Shown here: one piece after another, positions 37,175-47,580 of the stretch
Numbering within the stretch: position 1 is the first letter of the stretch
Layout: each line of letters starts with the position of its first letter
Origin: Prorocentrum cordatum
Taxonomy: Eukaryota
Length of the DNA: 64,000 bases
Assembly (NCBI GenBank): GCA_963575745.1
Contig: CAUYUJ010000168.1
Location: forward strand, 1 to 64,000
Direction of reading: 5' to 3'
The notes under the pieces: model-generated
Database searches by the model: none
Told to the model about the DNA's origin: nothing
What the model saw: the letters and a program-made list of their open reading frames with translations, nothing else
Program-made: the position numbers and the translations under genes

Positions 37175-39960
37175 CTTCTCCAAGGATCGTTCTGGGGGCC
37201 TCCCGTGAGCGCCGTGGCCGCGCGGGGAGCCGTTCCGGAGGGGAAATTATGGTGCGAAACACATTGTCACCTTAAGTTGGTGCTTCGCAGACCGTCTTCG
37301 GGCCCTGTGGGGGTCCTCTTGGCGCCGCTGTTCGGCCTTTTTTTGGCTTGTCTGGGGGCCTTTCCGGGAGCGCCGTGGCCGCGTGGGGAGCCGTTTCGGA
37401 CGGGACATGAAGGTAAAAAAAAAGCTCTCGCCTCACTTTACGCCCAGCTCGGTGGCCCCTGAGCCACCAGATCTTGTAGGGCCCCGCCGCGCCCTACAGG
37501 ATCCGCGGCCTTGTCCTGTAGGGCCCCGCCGCGCCCTACAGGATGCTGCTGCTGAGGCTCGTCTCTGAGGCATGGCCTCACCCCTCGCCAGTTCGGCTAG
37601 TGTCCGTCCCGTCGGATGCTAGACCTTGACTGTCCCCATTGTCGCCGTTTTTTGGGTCACCCGATGTTGTTGAGGACGGTGGTGCGTTGATTTTGGCGCT
37701 TGATTTAGGTCATCCTGAGGATCCTCCTTGGGGTCTCAATGGGCGTCCTCAGGGCTCTCTTCGAGACTCGGGAGCGTCCGAGGCGGGCTCCCAAAGGCCT
37801 TCAAGAGGTGCCGAAACCTGACACAAGTTCGGCGTAAGCCGCTCCCTTGCTGAGGACAGTGGCGCTTTCAATTCGCGTTGATGTTTGGGTCCTTTGGGTG
37901 GCCTTCTGTGGGCTCAGGAGGCCCCGTCGGTCCGCGCTCTGTGTCCATGCAGCCCCCCAGGCGGTCTCCGCGGGCCCCCCAAGAGCCCCCATCAATCGAT
38001 TCAGATTTTACGTACGCAAGCCGTTCCCGTGGTGAGAGCGATGGCGAGTTCAGTTTGCGTTGAACTTTGGGCTTTCTGGGTGTCCATCTTGTGGCTGTTC
38101 GAGTGCCTCCTAAATGTCCTGCGCGCCCTACTGAGGCTTACATATAATTTGGATGTGTCGGGATTTCTGCTTGAAGCGTTTGAATTGTTTCCACGCCAGT
38201 GCGACGGGGAATTTGAACAGGTTTGGAACGTTGCCCAATAGGTTAAGCGTGAGAAGAAGACGAGGACAACGGAGCCCGGCAGCACCCCCACCATTGCTGA
38301 GAGGGAGCACTACAGCAAGGCCATGGAAACTTTCTGGGAGGGGGCGAACGAGCCAGCTAAAAAACGTCAGAGACGATCATACGTGGAGACGCCAAGAATG
38401 GCAACGCTCCTTTGGATTCGGGAGACGGACAACGCCATGAGGCACAGCTTGAGGAGGCGTTTATCTTCATTCCAGGTCGATTTGGACCAGGTTAAAGCTC
38501 TGATGGATGATAAATCGATGTGCTTCCAGTCCCTTGCAAGGACAGCCCCAATACTTTCTGCTGTGCTGGATCAGGCGCCTTGGCAAGTGACGGGCAGCCA
38601 TTTTTTAAAGTATAGCAAGATGATTAACCTCGTCACTCTGTGGGACCCTGCAGCCCATCGTATACACAATGATTGGAAGTCCGGGATATCTTGGGCTAAA
38701 CTGAATACGGCTGTGTACGCAACTACGACGCTATTCAATTTTACGTCTGGCCCTTGCAAGTCCGCAGGGCGTTGGCTTACCAACATACAAGAAACCATCT
38801 TCTGGCCTGCGCCCTCCGTCGCCGCCGCCCCGGGATCGGGGACCCTTGGGCCCTCTGGATACATCTTGGGTCTCTTGTGCGCCTTCTGCGGGTTCGGGAA
38901 GGTCTCTCTTGGGAATCTCGGCGAGGCCCCTGAAGCCTCGAAGGGCCCCGTGGCGACGCCAGGGGGCGCCGCTGCGAGCGTCTCGGGAACGCGTCGGCGG
39001 CGTCGCGTGCATCTTCGTTTTTTTTTTTTGCGTCGACAAGTTCCATTTTTGAGCGGCTTCTGGGGGCCCTCTGGGGTGCTCGTTGGGCTCCTCGCGTTGG
39101 TTCGGGGGTCCTTGGCGGCGGAATGGGGAGCTTCCAGAAACGGGTTCGACGCCCGAAACGTTGCGCGAGCGAATACAGTGTAAGTTGAGAGCGCGCCTGG
39201 GAGTTCTGAATGGTTTCGTCCGCTTCGGTGGAAGCCTGTGGCCCCGATGAGGCCCCAGGACACCCCGAACGCTGCTCGAGGACGGACCCCTCGAGGCATC
39301 GGCAAGCAAGCCGAATGACTGGGACTCGGATTGGCCCTCGGGGGCTCCGAGGCAAGGCGCGCGGGGATCCGCGGGGGCCCTCAGGGGCCCGCGCGCTCGA
39401 GCGAAAGCAATTGGATGCATGGTGGCTTACAGGGCATGCCAATGTGAACATTGTATGTTTTGGGGCTCCAGAGGGCGCCCCAACCTGTGCCGGGAGCACG
39501 GTGGCGGTTTCTGGAGGCGAAGGAACTGTTGGAAGAAAACGACGCCAGTCTTGTGGCCTTGTGGCCCGACATTTGTTTCGAGCGCGGTTGGCGGACAGAG
39601 TCCGAGACAAACGTGGAGGCGAGGAAACAATTCATCAAGGACCTCCCTTTTCTCGATATTGTGCAGAGGCAGGGAGAGACCATCGCTTTGGCGCGCTGGC
39701 TCTCATATCCGAAAGGTGAGAAACAACGACGTAAAGGTTGGTCTGAGACACTTTTGTTGTTGTTGCACTGGGGCTTGACCACGGGCGCTGTTTCGAAGGC
39801 GTGGCAAGTTTGGAAGACCACAAAGGTGAAGGAGGCGAAGGCGCAACAAGACGTCGAACCGCCTCTGGGGGGCGAGGGGGACTCCGAGAAAACGGCGGCT
39901 TGCCCGATCAAGACTTCTTCGGAAAATATGGGTGCCATCTACAAGCGGTGTAAAAATCAA

Positions 39961-41567
39961 TAGTTGACGCTCCGCGTATTCCCGCCAGCCCATCCAGAAA
40001 CAACGCCCAGGCGAGTTGAGGTGTCTAGGGAAGTGTGGGAGCAAAGATGGGGACAGCCGAACCGAGCCAAGGAGGGACGTCTCCTCCTCCCTACGTCGCT
40101 CCCCCTCCCCGCCGCCCGCGCACTTGTCACGTCATCGATGTTGGTTCCTGGGGCTGAGCGCGCGCAGAAAGTGATGCAAACCACAGTGCGAAACGCCAAA
40201 ATTGAGGGGGGATGAAATTTGCCCAAAGTGGCACATTTCTTCCCCCCTCAATGTTGGCGTTTCGCATTGTATTTTACAGCACTTTCTGCGCGTGCTCAGC
40301 CCCAGCAGCCGAGATCGATGACATGACGGGTTGGCGGACGGCGAGGGGAGGAGCGCCTGCCCTTCCTCCTCGAGGACGAGGAAGAGGAGAACGAGGAGGA
40401 GGAGCACGAGGAGAAGGAGGAGGAAACGAAGGAGGAGGACGAGGAGGAGGAACAGGGCGAACATAATAGCCAAAAGCATCTTGAATGCCTCTCGGGGTCT
40501 CCTCGGATTGATCGTATACGCTTTTTGAAAGAGGGATTTCCTTGGGGATGTGTTGCGGCCCTTTTGGGCCGTCGCGGAGCTTTCTTGGGCCATTGCAGCT
40601 CTCTTCGGGTGCATGTCGGAGCCCTTATAGGCTCCAAGAGGGCCCAAGAGCAGCATAACAATTACATAAAAACACATGGTTCTGGATCCTGGGGCATGCC
40701 GCTGTTAAGACGGCCCTTAAACGTTTTTTGAAGGCCTCTTGAGGCGTTAGGGGAGCTTCTTGGCAGGCCCAGGTGTATTTTTTGTGCGTTTTGGGTGCCC
40801 CGGGGATTCTCTTGGAACCTCTCGGCGTCTTGGGTGCCTCCTGGGAGCCTCCTGGGAGCCTTTTTGGGGGCCTCTTGGGGGCCGCTGGGGTCCTATTGGG
40901 GGCCTCTTGGGGGCCTCTTGGGAGCCTCTTGGGGGCCTCTTGGAACCATCTTGGAGGCTTCTTGGGGCCCCTGGGCGCCTCTTGGGGCCACCTTGGAGGA
41001 GATCGATCAAAGAAGAGGGGCCCCCTAATTAGCGTCGCCCCCTCGAGCCTCTAAAATCGCCTCTTGGACCCCTCTTGGAGCGCTCTTGGAGCGCTCGGGC
41101 GCTCTTGGGGCCGTTTTGGGGCTCTCTTGGGCCCCTCTTGGGGCCCTCTTGGGCCATCTTGGAGCCATCTTGAGGCCTCGGGGGGCCATCGGAAGCGAAA
41201 CGGCGAGAAAACAAACATCATGTGCTTTCCTTTGGTTGTTGGAAGATGTTGGCTTCTTGGGGCCGCCTTGGCAAGCTCTTTGGCCTCTTGGAGCCGTCTT
41301 GGGGCGATCTTGGGGCCTCTGGGAGCATCTTCGAAGCCATCTTGCGGCATCTTAGGCTATCTTGGGCCATATTGGAGCTCATCTCGGGCTCTCGGACGCG
41401 CTCTCGGAGCCGTCTTGAGCGAAAAAGTACCGTCTGACATCTCGCGACCGCCCCCGTTCAGGTCCAGAGGAGGGGGTAGGGGGAGAAGTAATCCCCTCCC
41501 TGAAGGGGAAGAAGGGGGTTGGAAGAGGAAGCTCCCTAAACCACCTACGCCCAGAGGGCTGGTGGGA
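39961..41567 (-). mobile_element. Helitron2/Helentron-like element, copy 3, interrupting a transposase exon
   Basis: Removal gives in-frame 'KRCKNQ|LHVCLEL' at AA|TT with no TSD. Subterminal CCCGCCAGCCC, terminal GGGCTGGTGGGA and an ACGC-GGA-GCGT mini-hairpin. Confidence 0.75.
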
Positions 41568-44500
41568 TTGCACGTATGTTTGGAGCTGGCCGCGAGCCCC
41601 GATTTGAAAGAGGCAAGCCGGATAATCGGCATCGTGTCGGAGCCGTTGAGCACCCAGCATGGCCACTGGATGCAGGATCTGAGAACTAAGGCTGGTAGCC
41701 GTAAGTTTTTTCTAGATGCCGCCACGTGGGGCCACGTGGGTGAGCTTCACGCGTTGATCGATTGTCTCTTCTGTCCAGAGAAGCTCGAGTGGATGGGGCT
41801 CGACATGCATCCCCCGAGCAAGCTCCCTGGAGCCACAGTGCCAGAAGAACGCATCCTCTCCCAGGACATCGCAGCCAACGAGATCTGGACGCTCACCTTT
41901 GGCATGCTGAGAGCTCGCGCAACTACCCAAACTTACTATGCAACTGCTTACCCATTGATTTTGGCACGGTCTCTTTGGGATGACCCCATCAAGATCAACG
42001 CGTTCTTGTCGCAAACAAAGACTGCATGTGAAATGTTCAAGAAGGCCGAATCAAACCCAAACGCGTTCGTGCAGCAGCTTGTGCGCCGGAGCCAGATGAT
42101 GGAACCCATTATGAGGGTGACTTCTGTGATTCTGCTGCACGGCAACTTCGGACAGTATGCTGTGGATTCGTTAGTGGCGCATTGGAAACAGGCATTCGAG
42201 GGCATAGCCACGTCTAAGCCAATGGAAGACAACAACAGGGCTGCTAGATCAGAGGAAACCCGAGCTCAAGAATCGAAAATGATGACTCGGGTTCGGAGGT
42301 CCTTGGTGCCAGTCAAATCGGATATCGGTGCAACGTGGGATCGACCTGTCCCGTCGTCCACACAAGCATCTTTGCCAACTCCGGAGAAGCTCCGAGAGGA
42401 TTTATAGAAAACGCCTGCGGCGAAACACTGCCGCCCTCTGCCGCGTGCAAGTGCCAATGCAACCAAACGTTCGGCCAGAGCTCGGCCAAGCTACTGGACG
42501 ACGTGCCCCCCAAACCATACCCTTTCGGGGGACACTTGGGGGGGAAAGGAAAACGATCAGGAGAAGGAGGAACATGGGGAGTAGAACGAGGAGGGAGGAG
42601 GAGGCATGATGGGGCCATCTTGGAGCCTCCTGATGCCTTTTGGCGGCCTCTGGGGCCACAGTGGGATCGTGTCGGAGCCATATTGGGCCGTATTGGATTT
42701 ATATCGAGGCCATTCTGGCCGTCTCGGAGGGCATGTTGGACCATGTTGAAAGCCATTCAGGGCCATCCTGGCCGCCTTGGAGGCCTCCTCGGCCGTCTGG
42801 GAGTCCACCTTGGGCCATTCTAGCCGTCTTGGAGGCCATTTCGGGCCGTATTGGGGGAATCTTTGGAGCTCTTCAGGGGGCGCGTTGGGCCATCGTGGAG
42901 CCATTATGGAGGTCAGCTGGGCCGTGTGAGGTTGTCGGAAACCTGAGATGGCGACAGCGCTAAGCTCCTTGAGTGCACACTTACAATTAATGCTACTGGG
43001 CCTCGCGAAGGCTTCCTGGGGAATCTCGTGGATCACCCTGGAGCGGCCCAGGGACCTTTAATATAGTCTTCAGCCCATATTGGGCCGCCGTGGGTCCATG
43101 CTGGGCCGCCGAGGAAACATTCATGGGCCATTAGGGGCTCGCTTGGAGGGGGCTTGGACAGCTCGGGGGCGTCTTGGGGCCCGCCTTAAAGGAATACTGG
43201 GCCGTCCCAGCCGTCTCGGAGTCAATGTTTGATCGCCCTGGGATTGTCTCGGGGCCATTGTGTAGGCCCACTGGGCCGTCCTCGGGCCATCGTGGAGGCT
43301 TTCGGGGGGCGCGCTTGGGGTCCCCAGGGGCGTCTTGGGGGCCCCTCGGGCCGTCTTGAAGCCGCCCTGCGCCGTCTCGGGGCGCTCGTTGGCCGAGCGT
43401 TGTTTTTTTTTAGACCGCCACAGGGCTCTGTTAAGGCCCTCGTGGCCCGTTCGAGGTCTCTGTGGCATCGGGGGGGGGGGGGCCGCGTGGCGATCCCCGG
43501 GGAGGCATGGGCCCCCCTTGCTCCTGGGGCCGCTGGGCACCCCCAACAGTTCTCCGCATGCTCGTTGCAAAGACCTCCGAGGGACCTGAGGACACCTCAA
43601 CTCGTGCATCGGGGCACGGTGGCGGATTTCGCGTTGGGGAGGTCCAGATAAAGAGCGAGGGCATTCCATGCAATGATGTTTTGAAAGACCATACCTGGCC
43701 CACGGTGACTGCCCACGAGCTCTTCAGGTTCTCTTCCGAACAGTCACTCATATCGTACATGGTGCGCACCGATTCCATTTCGGTTGCAGACTACTTTTGG
43801 TATGCTTCTATCTTCCCCGAAGGGGAGGTCGTGCACAACTTGTTGACTGATTCCTTCTCTTTGGTACTTCGTGTTGCGGAAGATTCGGGGGTGCTTATGT
43901 GGCCGTGTGAGCTCACATCAGACGAATACATTTACCTTAACAGGCCGACGTTCCTCGAATGGACTCACGTCGACGACTTGAAGGAATGGAACATAGTGAA
44001 CACTACGATCGTAAGCCCCCTGAGGTTGATGACGTCCCACGAAGGCGCGAAGCTCGAGAACCCCATCGGCTGCGTCATCAGACGCAGCTCGGCCGATGAC
44101 TCCAGAATGCTCGCTTGGCATGCCCAGCGAGCTTTCGCCCACCTGCCACAAAAAACAGTGAAGCGGCTAGTTGAGGAGTACGGCTTGAAAGCGAACGCTG
44201 AGCTCGGCAAACTCGGCCTGGAATGCCAGGAAGAAGCCGAGATCATGGCGCTCATGATGAAGGTGACTGAGGGCATGGATGCAAACCAGTGCGAGTTGGC
44301 ATTCTCGAAAAGGCGGAAGATTCTTTCTGGGGAGGACACTTCGGCGCTGCAGCCGATCATCGATGACCCTGAGATGCTCGAGCTTGTCGTGCCCACTAAC
44401 GAGGCTAACAAATGGAAGTCGAGGGGGGCTTCGGAGGAGGGAAAACGAACCCAGCTCTCGGCCTCTGCGAAAGCTACCAAAACCATGCGAGATAAACTTT

Positions 44501-46248
44501 TTCCGGCCGCCAAGAAAGCCGCGGCCAAGGCCAAGGGCAAGGCGCAAGGCCCCAAGCTGTCCGTGGCTGCACGTAAGCATCGGAGGGAGCAAATCGCAGC
44601 AGGGGACTTCCAGGCCGTTGAGTTCTTCAGGCCCCCCATGCTGCGGATCACGGTAGAGGACGGACTTGGGCCCCGCATTGTGCGAGCGAGGGGCGGTTGG
44701 CATTCCTCCCCGCCTCCCCGTCCGCGCATTGCATTGCGCCTTCGGTGCGTAATCAACCGATTGTAAGTTATATGCCCAATGCTCTTCCGAAACAACTTTC
44801 AGGCCGAGGTTGTGGGGGGGGGGGCAGGGGGATTGCCAGCCCGTGATTCGCTCGCTCGGCCGGGGCCCTAACAGGAGAAGGGCACGTGCCTGCGCGTCTG
44901 GGATGGACATACTCGTTTGAGGTCGTTTTCCTGGTTCATGCGGGGCAAACCATTGGCAATTTCTGAGACTCTCGCTTTTGCTTGGGATTACGCCAAATGC
45001 ACTTATGAAGCTGAGAACCCTTTTCCAAAAGATGCGTTCTGAGCTCGGCAGGTTGGCCGTGTAGGGTCCCGCCAGGGCGGGGCGCAGTAGAAATGTGACC
45101 ACCTCCCTTCCTCTCCAGTCCTCTCCCCTTCCATGCCCCATGCAGGGGCCGCTGGGGAAGCCGATCGAACTGCCAAGGGCGCTCCTAGGGACTTCCGTGG
45201 AACGCATGGGCGCCCCACTAACATGTCATGAAGCCGTCCGCATTAGGAGCGCCAGGGAGGCGCACATATAGCAACAGTATCGGCGTTTGATGATATTTTC
45301 CTGTCGGCAAGGTTCCGCATAATCACTCGGCATTTTCGTAGTGCCCCTCGCTATCACTTACAACCTTTGGGGGGGCTTTCAAGGCCACGGCGGCGTCGCC
45401 GTTAGCCACGTGGGGCCTTGTTGGAATTCTTCGTCATCTTGGACATGCCATTTGCTGTTTGCAGCGGGGCGTCGCCTCCCTAAGTCCTCCAAGGGGCCCG
45501 CCCAGAACGAATCCTCAGGATGCCGCGAGGCTTCTCGGGGGGCCCTTTGAACACTTCAATCGGGGGGGGTGTCGCGAGCCCGGGGCTCCTCAGAAACTTG
45601 GAGGGGGGTCTTTCTACGCCGTCTGAGCGGCTGAGAACCAGCGCCCTGAGCGTTGACCGCTGGCCCGCGAGGGCGACTGGGCAGGGCAGCCTCCCAGCCG
45701 GGGCTTCGCATTTTCCACTTGCTCCCCCATCCCCCCCCCCTCCCCTTTCACTCCCTCCTTCCCTCCTTCCCGCCACCGCCTCCCCGCGCTCTGCTCATTT
45801 CTCCAGATTTCCTCTCTCCATCCCCTCCCTCCCTCCGGCCCCTCTCCCTCCCCTCGGCTGTCCTCGTTTCCTTCCCTCCCCTCCCTCCCCCTCCCCCTCT
45901 TCGGCATTATCCTCCCCCGTCCCTCTCGCCCGCCCCTCCCCCCCCCTTCCGCGCACTCTTTCTCGCGGCAGTTTCGGGCCCAGTCGGAACAGGGCTAAGC
46001 CAGTCATGCTCGGAAGGCGACGGGGGTGGATTCGGCGTCGGGAGAGAACTAGCAGGCGGACGTGCAACTGAACGCCGGGGTCTCAGAATTTCTGAGTGGA
46101 CGCCAACGTGTCGGACATTCCCGCCCCTCCCCCACCTCCCCCTCCGCTCCATTCGGGCGCTCCCCTTCCCACTCCCGCACGGCGCTTCCCTTGTCGCCCC
46201 CCCTCCCCGCCACCCCTTCCCCGCTCCCCCCCCGCCCCCTCCATCCTT

Positions 46249-46270
46249 TCCGTTGCCCTTTTGGCTCAAG
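46249..46270 (+). other. Near-complete spliced-leader relic (20/22)
   Basis: TCCGTTGCCCTTTTGGCTCAAG vs DCCGTAGCCATTTTGGCTCAAG. Not followed by a GT donor. Confidence 0.8.
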
Positions 46271-47321
46271 CCTCCTCCCGTCGCGGCGGGTGCCCGTATT
46301 CTTCTTGCCTTTTGTTTAAAAGGTGTCGCTTGCATTTCGTTTGAAAGGCGTCGAAGGCAACAGCGTGCGCAGATTTCTTCGCGCGCGCCCTGACCTCGCA
46401 ATTGCATCGTTTCGAGGGGCTTCGATCTGACAGGCGGTCGCTGTTCTGGCAGATAGTTGACATGCTGAATGCATTGCGTGTTTCCTTCAGTGCGCTGGCG
46501 CACGGAAGATCGCGGAAAACTGCGGCAATTTAGCAGGGTCGGAACAATCCCTGCTAGGGGTGCGCGGGGGCGGGGTGACACAGGTTCGCAGTGCCCTCTG
46601 TTGGGCGTATTGGGAGGATATTGCTGCGTTTCTGGGCTGACGGGGCCTCGCCGCGCATGCGCTCAGACGTGCGCGCCCCGTTCGGGGTGGCCCCCGACCG
46701 CGCGGTGATCCGAGAAGCCGAGACCGGAGCCTGGAAGCAACATGCCATGGGGGACATCTCAGGATGCGCGCGCACCGATGGAGGGGAGTGGGCCGCCAGA
46801 CAGCAATTGAAACCTTTGCCGCGCAACCCGCTGGCATGTCAATGCGCCCAAACGTGTCGACGACCAGGTGGCCAATGCGACGAGTATTAATGACGCACGC
46901 CCGCCCCCATGCCCAGAGAAATCATCCGGGGACTGTCGCTGTCATCTTGCTTGAGTGCTCACGTGTTAATGAAATGAGCGGGAGGGCCACCTGTCGAAGG
47001 TTTCGCTACATTGGCCGCGGCGGGCCAGGGCGGCGTTCGACGGCGCCGAATATCGATCAGTTGCCCGCGCTGGTGCTGCGCAGGCATGCGGGCAAACAGA
47101 CTGTGAGCGCGAGAGTCGCATGTGAACGTCGCCCTTGACCTGATGCACGTGGCCTCGCTACGGCGCGCGCGCCGCGGAGGCCTTGGAAACCGCCGTAGCG
47201 AAGCGAATGCAACCTTTCCGCTGGCGCTTTCAGCGGGCCCATGTGTTGCATACCTAAAAGTACACTCAAAAGTACACTCACAAGACCCATTCGCGCATAG
47301 GACCGTTTCCGCTTTCCCCTA

Positions 47322-47580
47322 TTGAACAGTAGCAGCTGCAGCGCCGCCCTTGGACAAGTTGCATCGACCCCACTCCCCCCACGGACCGCAGGGCATGGTG
47401 ATGACCGTCACGTAGGGGTCCTCCTCCAGCAATTGCCTCCGTGCCACTTGGCGTCCCTTCCTGGTAGCGCCGTCCCAGCCGTCTTCGATATCCAGTGGCT
47501 GGCCGCAGTTGTAGCCGAAGGTGGCGGAGGCGAGTAGAGTGAGGCCGAACTGGCCGCAGAACAGCTGCTTCAGCAAGGTC
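47322..47580 (-). pseudogene. N-terminal half of the C5-cytosine methyltransferase-like domain
   Basis: 'KQLFCGQFGLT' (motif I-like FxG), 'PLDIEDGWD' and 'VITMPCGPW' (motif IV PC). Confidence 0.72.

Larger units (their letters stand above)
30635..45042 (+). pseudogene. Large multi-exon putative DDE transposase (C/DxxH, hAT-like motifs), disrupted. Exons seen: ~31821-32778, 33553-33600, 33701-~34100, 38242-~38790, ~39518-39960 joined to 41568-~42400, ~43642-44660, 44922-45042
   Basis: Lower-GC, protein-like blocks, mostly bounded by AG|G acceptors and GT/GC/GA donors. Ordered motifs: 'LCMQTDG' (D1), 'SAVLDQ' (D2), 'WDPAAHRIHND' (DxxH-like), 'ARWLSY' (RW), 'TSKPMEDNN' (E). The 5' start and whether the 5' blocks belong to the same gene are uncertain. 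Confidence 0.6.
23909..47321 (+). mobile_element. Giant (23,413-bp) TIR DNA transposon nested in the copia element
   Basis: TTGAA at 23904-23908 and 47322-47326. Left end TCAGGGAAAGCAGAAAGGGTCCTATGCACGCATGGGTC vs right end (revcomp) TAGGGGAAAGCGGAAACGGTCCTATGCGCGAATGGGTC, 32/38 identical. Removal restores the copia reading frame. Confidence 0.9.

Noticed and set aside
46249..46320. Functional SL RNA gene
   Set aside because: Two mismatches to the leader and no GT donor follows, so it is treated as a relic.
23909..47321. Polinton/Maverick or endogenous virus, suggested by size and 5-6-bp TSD
   Set aside because: TIRs are only ~40 bp, and I recognised no protein-primed PolB, packaging ATPase, capsid or rve integrase. 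The main gene is intron-rich.
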